A DNA stretch of 62,414 nucleotides from Minisyncoccota bacterium (GCA_017991915.1 JAGOPQ010000001.1:1-62414), one strand, 5' to 3'; shown: positions 36,292-45,634, counted from the first letter of the stretch. Program-made: numbers and translations. The notes: a model not told the origin generated them from the sequence alone.

Positions 36292-36633
36292 ATGCAAAAC
36301 AAACAGGAAAAAAGAATAAGACTAAAGTCAAAAATTCGAGCAAGAATTTCAGGCACCAAAGAACGTCCACGACTTTCAGTTTTTCGCTCTAACAAATTTA
36401 TCTACGCTCAAGTAATTGATGATACGACAGGTAAGACCATAGTCCAAGCAAGCGACGTGAAAATCACCAAAGGCACCAAGAGTGAACGAGCCAAACAAGT
36501 TGGTAAGCTTATTGCCGAGGCTTGTGGAGGAGCAAAGATCAGCAAAGTAGTTTTTGACCGAAATGGTTTTAAATACACTGGCCGAATCAAATTAGTAGCT
36601 GACGAAGCTAGAGCTTCCGGACTTAATTTTTAA
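36292..36633 (+). CDS. rplR: 50S ribosomal protein L18
   Basis: RPRLSVFRSNKFIYAQVIDD motif. Confidence 0.96.
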   Translation: MQNKQEKRIRLKSKIRARISGTKERPRLSVFRSNKFIYAQVIDDTTGKTIVQASDVKITKGTKSERAKQVGKLIAEACGGAKISKVVFDRNGFKYTGRIKLVADEARASGLNF

Positions 36634-36636
36634 TAT

Positions 36637-37215
36637 ATGGAAAAACCAAAAGAAAACAACGATAAAAGAGGTGGAGGACGCAGAGGCGGATCTTCTTTCG
36701 GACGACCAAAGCCTGAATTTGATCAGAAGATTTTAAATATCCGACGCGTGACCAGAGTGGTTGCCGGTGGACGCCGGTTCTCTTTCTCTGTAGCTATTGT
36801 GATTGGAGATCGCAAGGGTGGTGTTGGTCTTGGACTTGGTAAAGCAGGGGACACATCTCTAGCTATTAACAAAGCTCTTCGTAACGCAAAGAAAAACATG
36901 GTTAAGTTAAAACTAACCAAGACTATGTCTCTTCCATTTCAAACTAAAGCCAAGTTCGGTAGTGCACTCGTAGAACTTATGCCAAACAAAGGACGCGGAC
37001 TCGTAGCGGGTTCTGTAGTTCGTGACATCATCAAGCTTGCTGGACTTAGAGACATCACAGGCAAGATCTTGTCCAAGAGTAAGAACAAATTAAACAACGC
37101 CAAGGCAGTCATGGCCGCACTTGAACCAGTATCTTCAAAATACTCAAAGCCAATTCCTGAAACAGTTGTAATCGCTGGAAAAGAAGTAGAAAAGGTTGAA
37201 GAAGTAAAAAAATAA
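36637..37215 (+). CDS. rpsE: 30S ribosomal protein S5
   Basis: RVTRVVAGGRRFSF...GDRKGGVGLGLGKA motif. Confidence 0.96.
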   Translation: MEKPKENNDKRGGGRRGGSSFGRPKPEFDQKILNIRRVTRVVAGGRRFSFSVAIVIGDRKGGVGLGLGKAGDTSLAINKALRNAKKNMVKLKLTKTMSLPFQTKAKFGSALVELMPNKGRGLVAGSVVRDIIKLAGLRDITGKILSKSKNKLNNAKAVMAALEPVSSKYSKPIPETVVIAGKEVEKVEEVKK

Positions 37216-37229
37216 TCTAAAAGAATTTT

Positions 37230-37688
37230 ATGCAAATACACAACCTTAAAAGAGAACATAAGAATAAAAAAGATCGACTAGTAGGTCGCGGTGGTAAACA
37301 CGCGAAGACTTCTGGTCGTGGTGGTAAGGGTCAGACAGCTCGTGCCGGTAATAAACGTCGTCCTGAACTTCGTGATATCATTAAGAAGTTGCCGAAGAAT
37401 CGTGGATACGCTTTCAAATCTTTTGAAATCAAGCCTGTCGGAGTATCTCTTGATAAGATTGTAAAGTTTTATCCAGAAGGTGGTGTAGTCACTCCAGCTA
37501 GTCTTTATGAGTTAAAAGCCATAAAGAAAAGAAAGGGATGGATTCCACAAGTAAAAATACTAGGAGGAAAGGAAAAATTCTCAATTAAAATCGAAGTATC
37601 TGGATGTCTGGTGTCTAATTCCGCTAAAGAAGCGATAACCAAAGCTGGTGGAAAGGTTGAAGAGAAAAAGGCGGAAAAGAAGAGCTAG
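37230..37688 (+). CDS. rplO: 50S ribosomal protein L15
   Basis: GRGGKHAKTSGRGGKGQTARAG motif. It follows rpsE directly, with no rpmD in between. Confidence 0.95.
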   Translation: MQIHNLKREHKNKKDRLVGRGGKHAKTSGRGGKGQTARAGNKRRPELRDIIKKLPKNRGYAFKSFEIKPVGVSLDKIVKFYPEGGVVTPASLYELKAIKKRKGWIPQVKILGGKEKFSIKIEVSGCLVSNSAKEAITKAGGKVEEKKAEKKS

Positions 37689-37706
37689 TTCTAATCAAAA
37701 CAACAT

Positions 37707-38978
37707 ATGCAAAATTTTTTTAGTAAAATGAAATTGGTTTGGACAGATATCACACTACGAAAGAGAATTTTGTTTGTGCTATGTTCTCTGGTTATTTTTA
37801 GACTACTATCGGTTATTCCAATTCCGGGCATAGACAACGTAGCTCTAAATCAATTTCTAAACAATAATCAATTTTTCGGTATCTTAAATATTTTCTCAGG
37901 AGGTGGACTTTCCAACCTTTCTATTATCATGCTTGGTGTTGGACCATACATTACTGCCTCCATCATAATGCAACTTCTAACCATAATGGTTCCTTCTTTG
38001 AAGAGACTTTATAACGAAGAAGGGGAGATAGGACGCAAGAAATTTACTCAATATTCTAGACTACTTACTATTCCTTTAGCTGCCATCCAAGGATTTAGTC
38101 TTTTGGCTGTACTTGAGAGTCAAAATATTCTAGTAAACCTAACTGTCTTTGATCGCATCACGAACCTCATCATCGTTATAGCTGGGGCAATATTGTTGAT
38201 GTGGATTGGTGAGTTGATGACAGAATTCGGTATTGGAAACGGAGTGTCACTCATAATCTTTGCTGGTATCGTGTCTAGAATTCCACAAGAAGTAAGTCAG
38301 CTTATCTTTACTTTTGATGCTTCTCAAATCCCTTACTTGTTATTGTTCGTAGCTATTGGAGCATTGGTTATCGCTGCTGTGGTGACTATCACCGAAGCAG
38401 AGCGCCCAATTCCAGTGACTTATGCAAAACAAGTTCGTGGAGCAAAAATGTATGGTGGAGGATCAACTTACTTACCATTACGTGTAAACCAAGCTGGCGT
38501 TATTCCGATAATCTTTGCACTTTCTATTTTGCTTTTCCCTCAAATGATCGGAACATTTATGACTAGATTTGATGGAGCTCTCGCTACGAAGATTTCTGGT
38601 ATCTTGCTCTCATTCTCAGACACTTCAGTACTATATGGTGTTCTATATTTCGTATTGGTATTCTTGTTCACTTACTTCTACACGGCAGTTACTTTTGATC
38701 CAGATGCACTTTCTACAAACTTGCAAAAGAACGGAGCATTCATTCCTGGTATTCGCCCAGGAGTTTCTACGGCTGAATACATAGGTAAAGTTTTAACTCG
38801 AATCACCATGTTGGGCGCCATCTTCCTTGGTTTTATTGCGGTCCTGCCTTTGATCATCCGCTCTATTACAGATATTACGGCTATCGCCTTAGGCGGTACA
38901 GCGTTACTCATTGTGGTGTCTGTGGTTCTTGATCTAATCAAGAAAGTAGACGCTCAAGTCTCAATGCGAGAATACTAA
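37707..38978 (+). CDS. secY: Preprotein translocase subunit SecY
   Basis: 10-TM protein with IPGI..., GIGNGVSLIIF motif. Confidence 0.97.
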   Translation: MQNFFSKMKLVWTDITLRKRILFVLCSLVIFRLLSVIPIPGIDNVALNQFLNNNQFFGILNIFSGGGLSNLSIIMLGVGPYITASIIMQLLTIMVPSLKRLYNEEGEIGRKKFTQYSRLLTIPLAAIQGFSLLAVLESQNILVNLTVFDRITNLIIVIAGAILLMWIGELMTEFGIGNGVSLIIFAGIVSRIPQEVSQLIFTFDASQIPYLLLFVAIGALVIAAVVTITEAERPIPVTYAKQVRGAKMYGGGSTYLPLRVNQAGVIPIIFALSILLFPQMIGTFMTRFDGALATKISGILLSFSDTSVLYGVLYFVLVFLFTYFYTAVTFDPDALSTNLQKNGAFIPGIRPGVSTAEYIGKVLTRITMLGAIFLGFIAVLPLIIRSITDITAIALGGTALLIVVSVVLDLIKKVDAQVSMREY

Positions 38979-39553
38979 TTCTCAATCCATTTCTTATATT
39001 CAGCGACGATAACATCAACAACCTCATCTAGGTTGTTTTTGTTTGTATCTACAACTAGGTCAAAATTGCTTTTATTGGTGTGGTCCACTTTATATAGTTC
39101 CCAATATCTTTTCTTTTCACTTTCTAGTCTTTCGGTTATTTGTTTGTAGACTTCATCTACGTTGGAAGCGTTTTCGCTTTCTTGTCTTAGTTTGTTTACC
39201 TTTAAATTACTCAAAATTCTTTCTTTGGCAATCTCTGCTGGCAGGTCTAGATAAACCTTGAAAGAATTTGGTATCCAGTGGAATGCCAAACGAGAGTCAA
39301 TAACGACTTTGTTCATATCTCCAGCTTTTTTTACTTCATCATCAATGCTCGCATCAATACTAGTGTCTAGTTCGGCTTGTAGAGAGAGTTCGTTGAGCGA
39401 GATTCCCCGAGCAAGGGCAATTTTCCGCATAAAATCCCCAGAAGAAAAGCGTTGGAAACCAAGTTTTTGGGCCACCCTGTCTGAGGTGCTAGATTTTCCT
39501 GCACCCGGTGCTCCCATCAAGGTTATGATTTCTTTTTTTTGCATTACCTCCAT
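38975..39553 (-). CDS. Cytidylate kinase-like P-loop NMP kinase (archaeal-type Cmk-like)
   Basis: MGAPGAGKSS P-loop; about 190 aa. Lies on the opposite strand between secY and adk. ATG 39553 was chosen. Confidence 0.7.
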   Translation of the reverse strand: MEVMQKKEIITLMGAPGAGKSSTSDRVAQKLGFQRFSSGDFMRKIALARGISLNELSLQAELDTSIDASIDDEVKKAGDMNKVVIDSRLAFHWIPNSFKVYLDLPAEIAKERILSNLKVNKLRQESENASNVDEVYKQITERLESEKKRYWELYKVDHTNKSNFDLVVDTNKNNLDEVVDVIVAEYKKWIEN

Positions 39554-39603
39554 GATATGCCATTCACATTGATTTTTCAAGCTAAATTTTGTATTGTTAG
39601 TAA

Positions 39604-40200
39604 ATGACAAGCGAAAAAAGTGAAACATTTGTATTCTTTGGCATAGTTGGCTCTGGAAAGGGCACCCAGGTCAAGCTCCTTCAGGACTTTTTAAAGAAAA
39701 AGGATGGGCGTGATATCGTGTATGCTTACCCAGGTAATGAATACAGAAAGATAATCGAGTCTAGTACAGAGACCGCAGCACTGGTCCGAGCGACCATAGA
39801 TGCGGGGCACTTGCAGCCTGACTTTTTGACCAACTCAATTTTCACTCATTTTTTGATTAACGATATTTCTCACGAAAAGCATTTGATCGCTGACGGCTAC
39901 CCTAGAACATTGAATCAATCTGAATGTCTGGAGCAGACTTTGAAATTTTACAACCGAGGTGATGTAAAGATTATTTATATTGAAATCAGCCACGACGAAG
40001 CCATGAAGCGCAACTTGGCCCGAGGTAGAAGCGACGATACCAAAGAGGGAATTGAAAAAAGATTTGATGAGTATATGACTAAGGTGGTTCCCTCAATGAA
40101 TTATTTCAAAGGCAAGACTGGTTATACAATTTACGAAATAAACGGCGAGCAATCAGTCGAAGACGTGCACAAGGATATTATCAAAGCTTTGGGATATTAG
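39604..40200 (+). CDS. adk: Adenylate kinase
   Basis: GIVGSGKGTQ P-loop, DGYPRT motif. Confidence 0.9.
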   Translation: MTSEKSETFVFFGIVGSGKGTQVKLLQDFLKKKDGRDIVYAYPGNEYRKIIESSTETAALVRATIDAGHLQPDFLTNSIFTHFLINDISHEKHLIADGYPRTLNQSECLEQTLKFYNRGDVKIIYIEISHDEAMKRNLARGRSDDTKEGIEKRFDEYMTKVVPSMNYFKGKTGYTIYEINGEQSVEDVHKDIIKALGY

Positions 40201-40211
40201 TTGAATTTAAT

Positions 40212-40838
40212 ATGGAAGAAACAATCATAATTTCACTTGGTGGGTCTCTTATCATACCTGAAGAAATAGATATCAATTTTTTAAAAGATTTTAAATCTTT
40301 GATCTCTGCTCAAGTGAACAAGAGATTTTTTATAATTACTGGTGGAGGTAAGGTGTGTAGAAAATACCAAAATGCAGCCAAGGAAATTTCAAATCCAACG
40401 AACGATGAATTAGATATTATAGGTATTAAGGCATTAAATCTAAATGCTGAGTTGGTGCGAGTTTTGTTTAAAAATGATTCCCACGTGAATATCTATGGAG
40501 CCGAGAAACCAGGAAGTAGCACAGACTTGGGTGCGGTGATTTTAGCTAAGGAGCATGGTGCCAAAAAGGTTATTAATCTTTCCAACATAGATTTTGCTTA
40601 TGACAAAGATCCAAACAAATTTCCGGACGCAAAAAAGATTGAGAAAATTTCATGGCCAGAATATCGTTCGCTTATTCCAGCCGAGTGGAACCCAGGCCTA
40701 AGCACACCATTTGACCCAATTGCTTCAAAGATGGCAGAAGAGGGAGGTATGGAGGTGGTTATATTAAACGGTAAGAATATTTCTAATTTAGAAAAATGTT
40801 TGAATGGCGAAGTATTTATAGGTACTCACATAAAATAA
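40212..40838 (+). CDS. Amino-acid-kinase-fold UMP kinase (archaeal-type PyrH-like)
   Basis: ISLGGSL...ITGGG motifs; 208 aa. Confidence 0.7.
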   Translation: MEETIIISLGGSLIIPEEIDINFLKDFKSLISAQVNKRFFIITGGGKVCRKYQNAAKEISNPTNDELDIIGIKALNLNAELVRVLFKNDSHVNIYGAEKPGSSTDLGAVILAKEHGAKKVINLSNIDFAYDKDPNKFPDAKKIEKISWPEYRSLIPAEWNPGLSTPFDPIASKMAEEGGMEVVILNGKNISNLEKCLNGEVFIGTHIK

Positions 40839-40842
40839 ATTT

Positions 40843-41610
40843 ATGATTATTATTAAAACCCCACAAGAAATAGAAATACTTCGCGAAGGCGGCAAGCGAT
40901 TGGCGACAATACTCCACAAGGTAAAGACCAAGGTGGCGCCTGGAGTTTCTACTTGGGATTTGGACAAATATGCAGAGGAATTAATTACTGAAGGGGGAGA
41001 TACTCCAGCTTTTTTGAACTACAAGCCAGAGGGTGCCGAAGTTCCATTTCCAGCGAGTTTGTGTGTCTCTGTAAATAGTGAAGTGGTGCATGGAATTCCT
41101 AGTAAAGATAGAATTTTACAAGAAGGAGACATTGTATCTATTGATTTGGGCTTAAAACACAAAGGACTCTTTACTGACATGGCGCTGACTGTGCCTGTGG
41201 GCGAGGTTAGTTCCGCATCCATGAAGCTTATGAAAACCACAGAGAAGGCGCTTGAGATAGGTATATCCGCAGCCCAGGGTGGAAGCACTACTGGTGACAT
41301 TGGTTATGCCATAGAGAGCTACGTGCGACCACATCGCTATGGAATTGTGGAAGTTTTGTCTGGACATGGCGTTGGCCGAGCTATCCACGAAGATCCGTAC
41401 ATTCCCAACTTTGGAAAAAAAGGTAAGGGCGAGAAGTTGGTCCCAGGCATGGTGGTGGCAATTGAGCCAATGCTCAACAATGGAACCAAAAATGTAGACC
41501 TAGATGAAGATGGATATACTTTCCACACCGCAGATGGAAAAAAGAGCGCTCATTTTGAACATACTATTTTGATTACCGATGGTGAGCCAGAAATACTAAC
41601 CAAAATATAA
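40843..41610 (+). CDS. map: Type I methionine aminopeptidase
   Basis: Metal ligands appear in the expected order (D..D..H..E..E; HGIP, GHGVG motifs). Confidence 0.95.
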   Translation: MIIIKTPQEIEILREGGKRLATILHKVKTKVAPGVSTWDLDKYAEELITEGGDTPAFLNYKPEGAEVPFPASLCVSVNSEVVHGIPSKDRILQEGDIVSIDLGLKHKGLFTDMALTVPVGEVSSASMKLMKTTEKALEIGISAAQGGSTTGDIGYAIESYVRPHRYGIVEVLSGHGVGRAIHEDPYIPNFGKKGKGEKLVPGMVVAIEPMLNNGTKNVDLDEDGYTFHTADGKKSAHFEHTILITDGEPEILTKI

Positions 41611-41632
41611 GTTTTGTTATATAATTGAATTA

Positions 41633-44392
41633 ATGGAAGGGTCATTTTTAAGAGAAATGCCAAAGTTTCGAACTCCCGAAGAGGAGTTGGATTATTTGCG
41701 TGCGCATGTTGCAAAACGTGAGGCTGAATTGACTACTGGTGGGCATGAAAATCCTCACGAGGGTGCAGTCAAAGAAATGCTGGGTGCCTACAAAAATGTA
41801 CCAGTTGAGAAAGTCATTCACCCTGAACATATTTTTAAAGAAGGCGATAGTGATAACATAGTTTTACAACTCAAACCCGAATCTCATGATTCTATCATGG
41901 AAGAACTGCTTGGCATTGTTATAACCAAAGGGGTACGCAATGCCTTAGTGGTGGTGGAAAAAATGAATAACCCTCACATCGATGATGATTTTCATCGACT
42001 GTTAATTCAATTTTTTAAAACTGGCAAGATGCTGGACCTGAAAGAGGGAACACCTTTGTATAAATCTCTAAATATGACTCTTTTTGAAATAACCCTACCT
42101 CCGCCACAGGATGATGCTGACAAGTCTAAAGGATTCAAAGAATTCATCGGGGCGATGGAGCAATTTTACGCTGGTATGGTTTCTATCTCCGAAGGCAAGG
42201 CCAACGCTAAAGAAAATTATTTTACCTTAGAAGTGGCGCTCGGCAATCAGAGTGATCAGGTTGTGATATATGCTGGCATACCGAATAAACATATCTCACT
42301 TTTTGAAAAACAAATCTTGGCTTTTTATCATGATGCGAAAGTTCATGAAGTATCAGATGACTATAATATTTTTAATGAGCATGGTGGTTCGGCTGGGGCC
42401 TACGCCACCTTATCCGAGCGGGGAGTGATGCCGATAAAGACTTATGACAATATTGATCATGATCCAATGAATACTATTTTGAACGTGTTTTCAAAGTTGA
42501 AAACCACGGGTGAGGGAGCAGCTATTCAAATGCTGGTAGAACCAGTCGGAGATAAGTTTACAAATGAATTTCACATCATTTTAGATGACGTAAAAGCAGG
42601 TATGTCGGTTAAACATGCCGATGATAATCTCTACAAGTTCAACAAAGCAGTGATGAAGGTTGGTAAGGAAATTCTGTTTGGCGTAGAGAAAAAGCCAGAA
42701 GAAAAGAATGATCAAAATATGAAGGGTCGTCGAGCAGTGGATGAAGGTGCGGCGGAGAAGATAGGCACCAAGATAAAAAGCACCATCATGAAAACCAATA
42801 TCAGGGTTATTGCTTCAGGTGAAACCAAGGATCGAGCCGAAGCTATTTTAAATGAGATAGAGTCTTCCTTCAATCAATTTACTGAACCAGCCAGCAATTC
42901 TTTTATATTTGAAAAAATTAAAGATGGTAATTTGAAAACATTCTTTCATGATTTTTCATACCGGGCTTTTGCCGATAGTAAAAGTATTCCCTTAAATTTA
43001 AAAGAACTCTCTTCAGTATTTCATTTCCCTGTGGGTGTGGGCGGTCAACCCCAGCTCAAAGAGGCCAAGTCAGGTATCGCTCCAGCCCCACTTGAATTGA
43101 GCAGTGAGGGTATATTGTTGGGTATAAATAGTTATAGAGGTAAGGACACACCAATACACATGACTCGTGAAGACAGAATGCGTCATTTTTACGTCATAGG
43201 ACAGACGGGTACCGGTAAGACCAACATCATGCTGAATATGATTACCCAAGACATCAAGAATGGAGATGGCTGTTGTTATATCGATCCACACGGCACTGAC
43301 ATTCAGACCATACTTTCTCGTATTCCCAAAGAGCGCATAGACGATGTCATATATTTTGATCCAGCTTATACTCCGAGACCAATGGGGCTCAACATGCTTG
43401 AGTATGATCCAAAATATCCAGAGCAAAAGACATTTGTGGTAAACGAAATGATGGGTATTTTCAATAAACTTTTTGACATGAAGGTGGGCGGGGGAGCAAT
43501 GTTTGAGCAGTATTTTAGAAATAGTGCGTTTTTGGTCATGGAAGATCCGGAATCTGGTTCTACCTTGCTTGAGATTACCAGAGTTTTGGCAGATAAAGAA
43601 TTTCGAGATATGAAACTAGCTAAATGCAAGAATCCAATCATCAAACAGTTCTGGGTTTCTGCTGAACAAACCACCGGGGATCAATCTTTGGCAAACTTCG
43701 TGCCATATATTTCTTCCAAGTTTGATAATTTCATCAGCAACGACATCATGCGTCCCGTAGTACTTCAACAACACTCCGTATTTAACTTCCGTCAGATCAT
43801 GGATGAAAAGAAAATTCTACTTGTGAATCTTTCCAAGGGTAGACTTGGTGATATAAATGCTAATTTGATTGGTTTGGTGCTAGTAGGGAAGATACAGATG
43901 GCTGCGTTGTCTCGTGTAGATATGTTTGGTAAGCCGATGAATGATTTTTATTTGTATATAGATGAATTCCAAAACGTAACTACCGATTCTATCTCTTCAA
44001 TTTTATCTGAAGCTAGAAAATATCGCTTGTCTCTAAATATTGCCCATCAGTATATTAGTCAGTTGGAAGAAAGTATCAAAAATGCAGTGTTTGGAAACGT
44101 TGGTTCTATGGCTGTGTTTCGAGTTTCCAACGAAGACGCTCTAATTTTAGAGCCAAGGTTGAAGCCAACATTTTCATCTCAAGATATAACCAAGTTGGAC
44201 AACTACAATGCCTACATGAGTATGTTGGTAAATGGTCAACCAGTAAAACCATTCAACATGAAGACCGTAGCTCCAGAGGTTGGTAATCCAAATATCGTAG
44301 ATAGTTTAAAAGAATTGTCTTATGTTAGATTTGGCCGTGACCGCGCCGAAGTGGAAGCTGAGATTATGTCTAGATATAGTACTATGCAATAG
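41633..44392 (+). CDS. TraD/VirD4/TraG-like (type IV coupling-protein-type) P-loop ATPase with a large uncharacterised N-terminal domain
   Basis: Walker A GQTGTGKT (around residue 525), Walker B YIDEFQN, LSEARKYRLSL...AHQ. The N-terminal ~480 aa are soluble and unrecognised. Confidence 0.7.
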   Translation: MEGSFLREMPKFRTPEEELDYLRAHVAKREAELTTGGHENPHEGAVKEMLGAYKNVPVEKVIHPEHIFKEGDSDNIVLQLKPESHDSIMEELLGIVITKGVRNALVVVEKMNNPHIDDDFHRLLIQFFKTGKMLDLKEGTPLYKSLNMTLFEITLPPPQDDADKSKGFKEFIGAMEQFYAGMVSISEGKANAKENYFTLEVALGNQSDQVVIYAGIPNKHISLFEKQILAFYHDAKVHEVSDDYNIFNEHGGSAGAYATLSERGVMPIKTYDNIDHDPMNTILNVFSKLKTTGEGAAIQMLVEPVGDKFTNEFHIILDDVKAGMSVKHADDNLYKFNKAVMKVGKEILFGVEKKPEEKNDQNMKGRRAVDEGAAEKIGTKIKSTIMKTNIRVIASGETKDRAEAILNEIESSFNQFTEPASNSFIFEKIKDGNLKTFFHDFSYRAFADSKSIPLNLKELSSVFHFPVGVGGQPQLKEAKSGIAPAPLELSSEGILLGINSYRGKDTPIHMTREDRMRHFYVIGQTGTGKTNIMLNMITQDIKNGDGCCYIDPHGTDIQTILSRIPKERIDDVIYFDPAYTPRPMGLNMLEYDPKYPEQKTFVVNEMMGIFNKLFDMKVGGGAMFEQYFRNSAFLVMEDPESGSTLLEITRVLADKEFRDMKLAKCKNPIIKQFWVSAEQTTGDQSLANFVPYISSKFDNFISNDIMRPVVLQQHSVFNFRQIMDEKKILLVNLSKGRLGDINANLIGLVLVGKIQMAALSRVDMFGKPMNDFYLYIDEFQNVTTDSISSILSEARKYRLSLNIAHQYISQLEESIKNAVFGNVGSMAVFRVSNEDALILEPRLKPTFSSQDITKLDNYNAYMSMLVNGQPVKPFNMKTVAPEVGNPNIVDSLKELSYVRFGRDRAEVEAEIMSRYSTMQ

Positions 44393-44394
44393 TT

Positions 44395-44422
44395 TTGCAA
44401 AATCACATTTTTCTGCTAAGAT
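44395..44422 (+). promoter_or_regulatory. Promoter of ndk (TTGCAA-16-TAAGAT), 6 nt from the ATG, implying a leaderless mRNA
   Basis: TTGCAA 44395-44400, TGC-TAAGAT 44414-44422, ATG at 44429. Confidence 0.5.
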
Positions 44423-44428
44423 AACTTC

Positions 44429-44956
44429 ATGAATAACTTAGAAAGAACGCTTATTATATTTAAGCCTGACGCTGTACAGCGAGGCATAGTGGGGGAGATA
44501 TTGGCTCGCTTTGAAAAGGTTGGTCTTAAGATTGTGGCAGCAAAAATGCTAAAACCGGATTATGACCATTTTTATCATCATTACGAAAACATAGGCAAGA
44601 TGGTTTCTCGTAGAGGACAAAAAGCTTTTGATATAACTCTAGAGATGATGAACGCTGGTCCTGTTATCGCCTTTGTATTAGAAGGGGTAGAATCTGTGTC
44701 ACTTGCTCGAAAGATGGTTGGCGCTACTGAGCCAAAGAGCGCCCTACCTGGAACAGTTCGGGGCGATTACTCTCATATGAGCTTTGCTCACGCTGATGCA
44801 GAAGATGCGGGAATACCAAATCTTATGCATGCCTCAGGAGATCCTGAAGAAGCAAAATCTGAAATTGCACACTGGTTTTCTGAAAATGAAATGTACGAAT
44901 ACGAAACTGCTCACGAAAAATTCACTCAAACTCGAAAACATCACAAGAAGGCATAA
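44429..44956 (+). CDS. ndk: Nucleoside diphosphate kinase
   Basis: ERTLIIFKPDAVQRG start; NLMHASD-type active site (NLMHASG). Confidence 0.93.
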   Translation: MNNLERTLIIFKPDAVQRGIVGEILARFEKVGLKIVAAKMLKPDYDHFYHHYENIGKMVSRRGQKAFDITLEMMNAGPVIAFVLEGVESVSLARKMVGATEPKSALPGTVRGDYSHMSFAHADAEDAGIPNLMHASGDPEEAKSEIAHWFSENEMYEYETAHEKFTQTRKHHKKA

Positions 44957-45038
44957 AGTCAAACTTGTTTTTATCTCAAATTTGTGGCTTTTTGAAAAAA
45001 TTTCTTGCAGAAATTATATAAGAGAGTAGAATTTAAGT

Positions 45039-45195
45039 AGGGTTATTTCCAATTATTACCTAGAACACCAATTTATGGGAGTCTCGATCGGCTCGGACCT
45101 TGGTCCAAGACGTCTGGCACCCACTTAGCGAAAGTCGCTATGGTAATACATTGTCGATAGCCCTAAGAAGGATCTCCCGTACGCGGGGGTTTTTT
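45039..45195 (+). ncRNA. Candidate ~155-nt structured small RNA of unknown class, with its own promoter and terminator
   Basis: TTGCAG-16-TAGAAT (45005-45032) upstream. A 10-bp helix pairs 45054-45063 with 45138-45148. Local GC enrichment. Terminator CTCCCG-TA-CGCGGGGG plus T6 at 45174-45195. The downstream gene has its own promoter. Confidence 0.4.
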
Positions 45196-45229
45196 CTTTT
45201 AAGGGGTGTTTTGTGCTACAATTTCGGGA

Positions 45230-45634
45230 ATGGACAAGCAAAGTTTATTCAAAAGATTGACCGCATTGGTGGTTTTTATATTTTTATTAAACACCATAGC
45301 TTCCAAGTTCTATTGGTATTCTTCTATTTGGTGGTTTGATATGCCCATGCACTTTATGGGGGGACTTTTCTTGGGTTTGCTGTTTATATATCTATTTTCT
45401 TCTAAAGATGTTGCCAAAACTGAAGTACTAAAAATACTTTTCTGGGTACTTTTGTTTGGAATTTTTTGGGAATTTTTTGAATTATATTTTGTAAATCATA
45501 TTGCTGACAATCCTTTCAATCTTTTAGATACTTCCTCTGATATTTTTTTTGATTTAGCTGGAGGATGCGTTGCTCTAGTATATTTGAGTAATAAGATTAT
45601 GAACCCTGCACAAAATAATGTACAATTAAAGTAA
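45230..45634 (+). CDS. Hypothetical integral membrane protein
   Basis: Four hydrophobic helices. The ATG lies 7 nt from a TGCTACAAT extended -10. Confidence 0.55.
   Translation: MDKQSLFKRLTALVVFIFLLNTIASKFYWYSSIWWFDMPMHFMGGLFLGLLFIYLFSSKDVAKTEVLKILFWVLLFGIFWEFFELYFVNHIADNPFNLLDTSSDIFFDLAGGCVALVYLSNKIMNPAQNNVQLK

Noticed and set aside
45039-45195. Identification of the candidate sRNA as SRP RNA, 6S RNA or RNase P RNA
   Set aside because: It lacks the SRP domain IV motifs (GGAA tetraloop / AGCAGCC), the RNase P P4 motif (GAGGAAAGTCC), and the long terminal closing stem of 6S. It is kept only as an unclassified candidate.
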